Positions 58,783 through 64,000 of a stretch of 64,000 bases of DNA are shown piece after piece. This DNA comes from an uncultured Clostridia bacterium (GTDB taxonomy: Bacteria; Bacillota; Clostridia; UBA1212), in assembly GCA_947304585.1 (NCBI GenBank), contig CAMZBI010000001.1, forward strand, positions 25,501 through 89,500. Direction: 5' to 3'. Numbering within the stretch: position 1 is the first letter of the stretch; the number at the start of each line of letters is the position of its first letter. A program made the translations under genes and the position numbers. Under the pieces are notes generated by a model. That model was not told the DNA's origin. It made no database searches and saw only the letters and a program-made list of their open reading frames with translations.

Positions 58783-61410
58783 ATGTTTAAAAGTACCGCA
58801 AAAACGATTTGTTTAATATTATTGGCATTGGTCATTGCCGCAGGAACGCCCCTGTGTTCCGTTGCAGACGGAGAAACACAGATGCCGGCTGTGATCAGCG
58901 GCTCTTACAGCTACACCTCGAACGAGAGCGAGACAAACGTTCAGGGGACAGACACCTTTACCTTCAGAGAAAGATGCTTTATGGCCTCGTCTTATACCGG
59001 CTGTGTGCATTTGGCCACTTTGTCCGCTCAGGTTGCGATCTCTTCCGCAGGCCGCTGGGGCGAAGACATCGATCCGGAGCTTACCGACGATCCCTCCTCC
59101 AACCCCCAAAACGTCATCGACATGCTGCAGAGCATGGGTTTTTCGGACGTCGAAACGAACAAATACTATACGCTTGAAAAGCAGGAAAACAGCGCCGGCG
59201 TGGCGTTAGGCCGCAGAACGTTGGAGGCGGACGGAAAGACCTATACACTGCTTGCCGTTGTCCCGAGAAGCGCCAACTACAAACAGGAGTGGGTCGGCAA
59301 CTTCACCGTCGGCGACGCCGAATATCACGACGGGTTCAAACAGGGCAGGGACGAGATCCTTCGCTTTGTAAAGCAGTACCTCACCGCCAACAACGTCACC
59401 GGCGATCTCAAGATCTGGATCGCGGGACACTCGAGAGGCGCTGCACTTTCAAACGCTCTAGGCGGGTTCTTTGCCGGCGGCGGGGCGGCCTTTTTCGACA
59501 ACGTCAATATTACCCCCGACAACGTCTACTGCTACACTTTTGCCACGCCGAAGACCGTTACGGAGAGCGTCTCAAAGGCGGCCTGGCTCAGCGTTTCGGG
59601 GCCAAGGGAGGACCCCGCATACGCCGGCGACACTGAGGGAGAAGCGTATGTTTGCACGGACGAAGGAACTCTGGACCCCCACGATCCGGTGTTCAACTGT
59701 ATAAGAAACTATCCTCTTCCCTATGACGTTATCACAAAATTGCCCCCTGAGGCGTGGGGATACACCTATTTCGGCACTGTCGAGACCAGCGACCTTAACG
59801 GTGCGGTCACAGTTGAGGAGATGCTGGAACAACTCATTGTTTTCGCGCCGTTTACCTACGAAGAATACGTAAACGGAGGCGATTACAGGACGTTCTCCAT
59901 GAAGACCTTCGACCTTGCAAATCTTGCGATAGTTGACGATCCTTCCGCTCCGGAGGGAGTGAGTCTGGCTCAGTTTGTTGAATCGCGGGTGGCAGGCCTT
60001 GTTCACCTGGCTCCTTCGATCGGCGACCTTCCCGCCAACGGCTACGACGAGACCCTGAAGGCTGTCGCCGGGCTTTACGGAATGCTCCACAGCTTTAAAG
60101 ACGTTGAACTCGACAGCGCGGTCGGCATTATGGTCGAACCTCTTGCATTGGCGTATATCGCCTACGGAAGAGATCTGCTCAAAGCCGAGGGAAGGCTCCC
60201 TCAGGAAGCGACGGATGAAGAAGCCGCCTGCGCGGTGCTCTGCGATCTGTTGTCGTATTTCACCGGTACAGAGATCACCGGAGAGACACTGACGGATACC
60301 GCCATTAGAGCGATTCTTACCTATATTGTCGAAAACGAGGGCTCGCCCCTCTACAATACCGCAATCGCAACAGTCTCCGGCATGCTTCCGACGGAAGGTT
60401 TTGCGGCGAGCATGGTGGTGGCCCTCCTGAGAATGTTCGTTGCCGATCCGGACAATGCGACAGACGAAGAAATGGTTGGCGCTCTGCTGAAGGCATGTAT
60501 CTACGGTCCCGAGGAGGGAACCCAGGCGTACGAGGACGGAGTCGCTGCGGAGACGGTCTGCTCGCTCATTTACGCAACGCTGGGCATGGTGGATTCGGAT
60601 CTCGGAGACGCAGTGGGATACGGATATTCGCCAACGTCCGGACTCACGAACTACATACTCAAATATCTCCTTGTCAGCGAAAAGGACGACGACGGCAAAC
60701 CGATCGCGTATTACTCTTCCCTTGACGAGGGCGCGGACGCAAAATTGGCAACTGCAGCCGAAACAGTCCTTCGGCCCTTGATCGAAATGCATACCGGCAA
60801 GTACGGCGACCTGTTCGACGCCCAGTTGCAGGGCCACATGGACACCCTGCTCTCGGGAAGCAACGTTACAAACCTGCGGAAAATAGTGACGTACATGCTC
60901 ATGTACAGTGAAGGCGAGTCCTTCGGAGCCAAGACAGCAGTCGGCAACGCCGCTACACTCGCAGGCGCCGCGTCAATACTTCCTCTCGCACACTACAACG
61001 AGGTCAACGTTGCCTGGTGCAAGGCTGTCGAAAACAGACTGAGCGCACCGGCTCCTGAGACGAAGCGCCTGAACGAGAACGGAACCGCTCAGCCCCTCGT
61101 CATCCCCGCAGAGGCGAAAGAAGGCTTGACGGTGCTTTACGCCCTGGGAAGCGACGGCGTTACCGTTCCCCCTGAGGATGCATTCAGCGAAACCGTTCCG
61201 ACCGCAACCGAAAGCGGCGTCTATTACGTCTGGTTCAAAACCGTCAGCGGAAACATCACCGGAGAGGCTGACTGCATAGAGGTGAGGATCCTCGAACCCG
61301 AACACGTTGCTCCTGTGCCCACCGGAGACTCCGGCATTGGCGTCATGGTCTTCTGCCTGGCCGTCAGCGCGGTGATGCTTATGACTGTGCGGAGAAAAAA
61401 GGCTGATTGA
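58783..61410 (+). CDS. cell-surface alpha/beta hydrolase, lipase class 3 (GHSRG) family, with C-terminal sorting-signal-like anchor
   Basis: Signal peptide MFKSTAKTICLILLALVIAAG; …IWIAGHSRGAALSNALG… nucleophile elbow; C-terminal VPTGDSG + TM + RRKKAD. Confidence 0.55.
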   Translation: MFKSTAKTICLILLALVIAAGTPLCSVADGETQMPAVISGSYSYTSNESETNVQGTDTFTFRERCFMASSYTGCVHLATLSAQVAISSAGRWGEDIDPELTDDPSSNPQNVIDMLQSMGFSDVETNKYYTLEKQENSAGVALGRRTLEADGKTYTLLAVVPRSANYKQEWVGNFTVGDAEYHDGFKQGRDEILRFVKQYLTANNVTGDLKIWIAGHSRGAALSNALGGFFAGGGAAFFDNVNITPDNVYCYTFATPKTVTESVSKAAWLSVSGPREDPAYAGDTEGEAYVCTDEGTLDPHDPVFNCIRNYPLPYDVITKLPPEAWGYTYFGTVETSDLNGAVTVEEMLEQLIVFAPFTYEEYVNGGDYRTFSMKTFDLANLAIVDDPSAPEGVSLAQFVESRVAGLVHLAPSIGDLPANGYDETLKAVAGLYGMLHSFKDVELDSAVGIMVEPLALAYIAYGRDLLKAEGRLPQEATDEEAACAVLCDLLSYFTGTEITGETLTDTAIRAILTYIVENEGSPLYNTAIATVSGMLPTEGFAASMVVALLRMFVADPDNATDEEMVGALLKACIYGPEEGTQAYEDGVAAETVCSLIYATLGMVDSDLGDAVGYGYSPTSGLTNYILKYLLVSEKDDDGKPIAYYSSLDEGADAKLATAAETVLRPLIEMHTGKYGDLFDAQLQGHMDTLLSGSNVTNLRKIVTYMLMYSEGESFGAKTAVGNAATLAGAASILPLAHYNEVNVAWCKAVENRLSAPAPETKRLNENGTAQPLVIPAEAKEGLTVLYALGSDGVTVPPEDAFSETVPTATESGVYYVWFKTVSGNITGEADCIEVRILEPEHVAPVPTGDSGIGVMVFCLAVSAVMLMTVRRKKAD

Positions 61411-61532
61411 CCGGCGCCTTGAGGGCTTATGGCCGTGCACACCGCCAAGGCGCAGCACAGGGCTCTTACACTTTGTTCACATTCATCCGGCCCGGTATGA
61501 TTTGCTTTCCGGGCCGTTTTGCGGAGATCAGA

Positions 61533-61913
61533 ATGAAAACCTGTCTAAAGGTAATTATAATATCGCTTTCATTCTACGTCATCGTGCCCTTGGCGTTTAT
61601 GACGTACTTTGGCGGCGCGCCTTTTGACATCGTTGTATTCTTTGTTGCCGCCCCGATCGCCTTTCTCATCATCGGGCTTGCGTCAGACCGCTGGTGGATG
61701 GTGCCTCTCTTCGGGACCAACTTCGCAGCCGCCTACCTCCTGCACGTCGCCCTTTCGACCCGCCTGTACTACGACAACATCTCATCTGACGAACTGACCC
61801 CGCCCATAGGCATGCTGGTTGCATTCGCCGGCGCGTTCATCGCCCTGGCTGTAACGGCAATAATGACGGTCGTAAAGGTGATCGTGCATAGAAAAGAGAC
61901 AAGGCGCTCCTGA
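61533..61913 (+). CDS. small integral membrane protein
   Basis: Three to four predicted TM helices; GGAG RBS. Confidence 0.4.
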   Translation: MKTCLKVIIISLSFYVIVPLAFMTYFGGAPFDIVVFFVAAPIAFLIIGLASDRWWMVPLFGTNFAAAYLLHVALSTRLYYDNISSDELTPPIGMLVAFAGAFIALAVTAIMTVVKVIVHRKETRRS

Positions 61914-61995
61914 AACAGCGACCAACGGACTTTTATCGCAGCCAACCGCCAATGCCGGCAGCCGCAAACATTACTCCCGGAAAGGAAAGAAACCC

Positions 61996-62352
61996 GTGAA
62001 AAGACACTATAATCGGAACCTGTTTTGGGCAGGCTTTTTGATTAATCTTTTTAGATTGTTCTTTATCGTGATCCCTGCGCTGATACTTGTTATCGTTGGC
62101 ATCTGGGTCAGGCCCTGCCTGTTCATTGGCCTCGGTCTTTTGGCGATAGCGCTAATCATTGCATTCATCCAGCAACTGGCGATCAAGAGGACTGCGGAAA
62201 CAAGCGACAACCCGAACTTCGAGCCCTTCGCAGAGGCCATGTGCTCCGACGACTGGAGGGAAAAGATTGACGAACTGGTCAATGAGAGGATAAAAGATCA
62301 GACAGAAGGGGACGGGGATAAAACCGGAGAAGATGAGGCGCCGGATCAATAA
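61996..62352 (+). CDS. small membrane protein with acidic C-terminal tail
   Basis: Two TM helices; GTG start after AAAGGAAAG. Confidence 0.35.
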   Translation: MKRHYNRNLFWAGFLINLFRLFFIVIPALILVIVGIWVRPCLFIGLGLLAIALIIAFIQQLAIKRTAETSDNPNFEPFAEAMCSDDWREKIDELVNERIKDQTEGDGDKTGEDEAPDQ

Positions 62353-62477
62353 AAAGAGTCTGAAAATAGAGTATCGTTGTTGTTAAAAATTATTAATAAT
62401 TATAAATCGACGAGCACCAGGCAAACCGTCGAAAAAATAGCTTTGAAATAATTTAAAAATACAGTTTATAATTTTCA

Positions 62478-62535
62478 ATTTTGTGGTAGATTGCAGTCAC
62501 AGAGGCAAACAAGCACTTGCCCTTGGAAGTCAAAC
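62478..62535 (+). repeat. ~55-bp repeat, copy 1 (GTGGTAGATTGCAGTCACAGAGGCAAACAAGCACTTGCCC…AGTCAAA)
   Basis: Same element recurs at 63232 and 63338. Confidence 0.5.
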
Positions 62536-62592
62536 TATAATTCACAATTGTTTCTCACCAATATTCTAATAATTCAAAAAAGGAGGGTTTTT

Positions 62593-63111
62593 ATGAAAAA
62601 ACTCATTACTGTTGTCCTCGTTGTTCTTTCACTCATCATATGCATACAGCCTTTTGCAGCTGAAGCAAATGCGTTCACAAGCCAGGAAGAGGACGAGATT
62701 AATCGGTATTCCGGCGGTCTTTATAAAAAAATAAACACTTTGACCAGAAAAGATTGCATCGATAGAGGTTATATATCAAAATCCGATTTGAAGGGATGGC
62801 GAGCCGGCGCATTTGATTGTTATCTGAAGACTATTGCGCCCCATGCCAAAGGCAAAGCTTACAAGGACCTTTGCGAGATTTTCATCGACACCGCCAAGAA
62901 GCTCGATGAAGCGTATAATAAATATAGTGATAATTACAGTTTGTTTTTCCGTATTTTTAATATTGGAAACTGCATAGATAAAATAAAAGCCAACGCCATC
63001 TCCTTTGTGGAAGATAAATACCTGGACGAAATCAAATCGGTCTATTACAAAAGACTTGGCACATTGTGCGAATACGCTTTCGAAAAGGCCCTTGAATCAT
63101 TTAATAAATAA
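62593..63111 (+). CDS. small secreted protein (172 aa)
   Basis: Signal peptide MKKLITVVLVVLSLIICIQPFAAEANA; AAAAGGAGGG RBS. Confidence 0.4.
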   Translation: MKKLITVVLVVLSLIICIQPFAAEANAFTSQEEDEINRYSGGLYKKINTLTRKDCIDRGYISKSDLKGWRAGAFDCYLKTIAPHAKGKAYKDLCEIFIDTAKKLDEAYNKYSDNYSLFFRIFNIGNCIDKIKANAISFVEDKYLDEIKSVYYKRLGTLCEYAFEKALESFNK

Positions 63112-63231
63112 TGTCGTAGAAGACATCGTTCATCCCTTCAACAATAGTTGGAGGGATGATTCCTTACGCGCAGGAGAATAATCACATTATAGTTTTGATT
63201 ATTTTTTTAAAAGCTCTTTAAAAAAACCATT

Positions 63232-63395
63232 TTCGTGGTAGATTACAATCACGGAGGCGAACAAACAGTTGCCTCTGAGAGTCAAAAAAATTCCAGTCAA
63301 AAAAATTATTTAAAACCCTTTAAAAAATTCAATTTCGTGGTAGATTAAAGTCACAGAGGCGAACAAACAGTTGCCCCTGAAAGTCAAAAAAAGTT
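63232..63395 (+). repeat. two tandem copies of the ~55-bp repeat (63232-63290 and 63338-63395)
   Basis: TTTCGTGGTAGATTACAATCACGGAGGCGAACAAACAGTTGCCTCTGAGAGTCAAAAAAA and TTTCGTGGTAGATTAAAGTCACAGAGGCGAACAAACAGTTGCCCCTGAAAGTCAAAAAAA. Confidence 0.55.
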
Positions 63396-63689
63396 TCAGT
63401 TAGATTTTAGTTAACAGATTCGTTTTTACCTAAATTATCAAATAATTTATTCGGAAGAACAGGTTGGCGTTCGTTGCCGGCAATGCAGCCGAACATTATT
63501 AAAGATTCTTTTTTCAACCTTTTTAATTCACCGTCGCTTTTTCAAATAAATGCATCGGCCAAAAGGCAAAAGGCCGAACGAAAAAGATAAACAGCGAACG
63601 ATAATTTATCCGGTCAGGACAAGAAATCCCAAAAAACAATAAAATCATTGGCGGCATGACCGCCTTTCAAATCAAAATGGAGGTTTATC

Positions 63690-64000
63690 ATGAGTACTAC
63701 TAATAGATCGCGTATAATTGCTGTTATTCTGGCAGTAATAGTACTTTTCGGAGTTGCTGTTGGAACAGTTCGCCCTACAGAGGCAGCTGAATATGCACCC
63801 GCCAAAGCGCTCCCGAGTCTTTCCGGCAAAACCACTCAGCAGAAAGTTGTTGCCATTGCTCAATCACAGATCGGCTATGCCGAGACTGTTAACAACAAGA
63901 CAGTTTATGGAAAATGGTTCCACGATAAAACCGGTAAACAGGGGTATTGTGCCTGGTGTGCGATATTTATCTCATGGGTCCTGATGAAGGCCGACGCAGG
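63690..64000 (+). CDS. CHAP-domain (peptidoglycan amidase/peptidase) protein, 3'-truncated at window edge
   Basis: TM/signal MSTTNRSRIIAVILAVIVLFG; …IAQSQIGYAETVNNKTVYGKWFHDKTGKQGYCAWCAIFISWVLMKA contains the CHAP Cys motif. Confidence 0.55.
   Translation, partial: MSTTNRSRIIAVILAVIVLFGVAVGTVRPTEAAEYAPAKALPSLSGKTTQQKVVAIAQSQIGYAETVNNKTVYGKWFHDKTGKQGYCAWCAIFISWVLMKADA

Overview
This window is the chromosomal replication-origin region of a moderately GC-rich Firmicutes (Clostridia-like) genome, followed by an accessory, island-like stretch. The class assignment rests on gene content, RBS style and a sporulation-type motif.

Core region (1-31.8 kb), all recognisable from the translated ORFs:
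- Minus strand: partial galM, an acyl-CoA thioesterase, folA, malQ and thyA.
- oriC: an AT-rich region, dnaA, an intrinsic terminator, a cluster of DnaA-box-like CCCACA motifs, then dnaN, recF, a DUF370 gene and gyrB.
- soj/parA, spo0J/parB, a DUF4446 gene and serS.
- A ParB/Noc-like orphan, a hypothetical gene, and an HTH-AAA_35-PD-(D/E)XK protein (all minus strand).
- The str operon rpsL-rpsG-fusA-tuf with clear sigma-A promoters.
- xpt, then a BMP-family nucleoside-type ABC transporter operon, and tmcAL (minus strand).

Accessory region (tRNA-Ala(CGC) at 31984 through about 56 kb): visibly lower GC by eye, and populated by at least seven copies of a previously unrecognised modular, highly structured intergenic repeat of roughly 200-700 bp.
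- Every copy is on the + strand and each full copy ends in an intrinsic terminator.
- Copies share a block containing TGTACAGTA...CGACCACAC and a 5' hairpin whose stem covaries between copies; the hairpin's inner loop TTCGC is shared by copies C, F and G.
- They also share a long-range helix CCCCG(C)AAAG...CTTTTGGGG followed by AGGAGCC, and some copies carry an Arg-rich micro-ORF.
- The first copy directly abuts tRNA-Ala.
- The repeats separate cassette-like gene sets:
  - two paralogous XRE-HTH/sigma-70-region-4 regulators, each translationally coupled to a membrane anti-sigma-like partner
  - a GH78-like hydrolase plus mnmA
  - an ORF6N protein plus an unknown 448-aa protein
  - a GNAT, a phosphodiester-glycosidase-like protein, an AraC regulator and a large secreted hydrolase-like lipoprotein
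  - a DUF4143 AAA ATPase flanked by direct repeat copies
  - a large tubulin/FtsZ(TubZ)-like GTPase whose reading frame is broken at an A7 homopolymer

A second homopolymer (T8) break separates a lipoprotein from its proper signal peptide.

The 3' end (57-64 kb) encodes a GNAT, surface lipoprotein, a cell-surface lipase_3-family protein, small membrane and secreted proteins, a ~55-bp triple repeat and the start of a CHAP-domain protein.

No CRISPR array, rRNA or transposase/integrase was seen.
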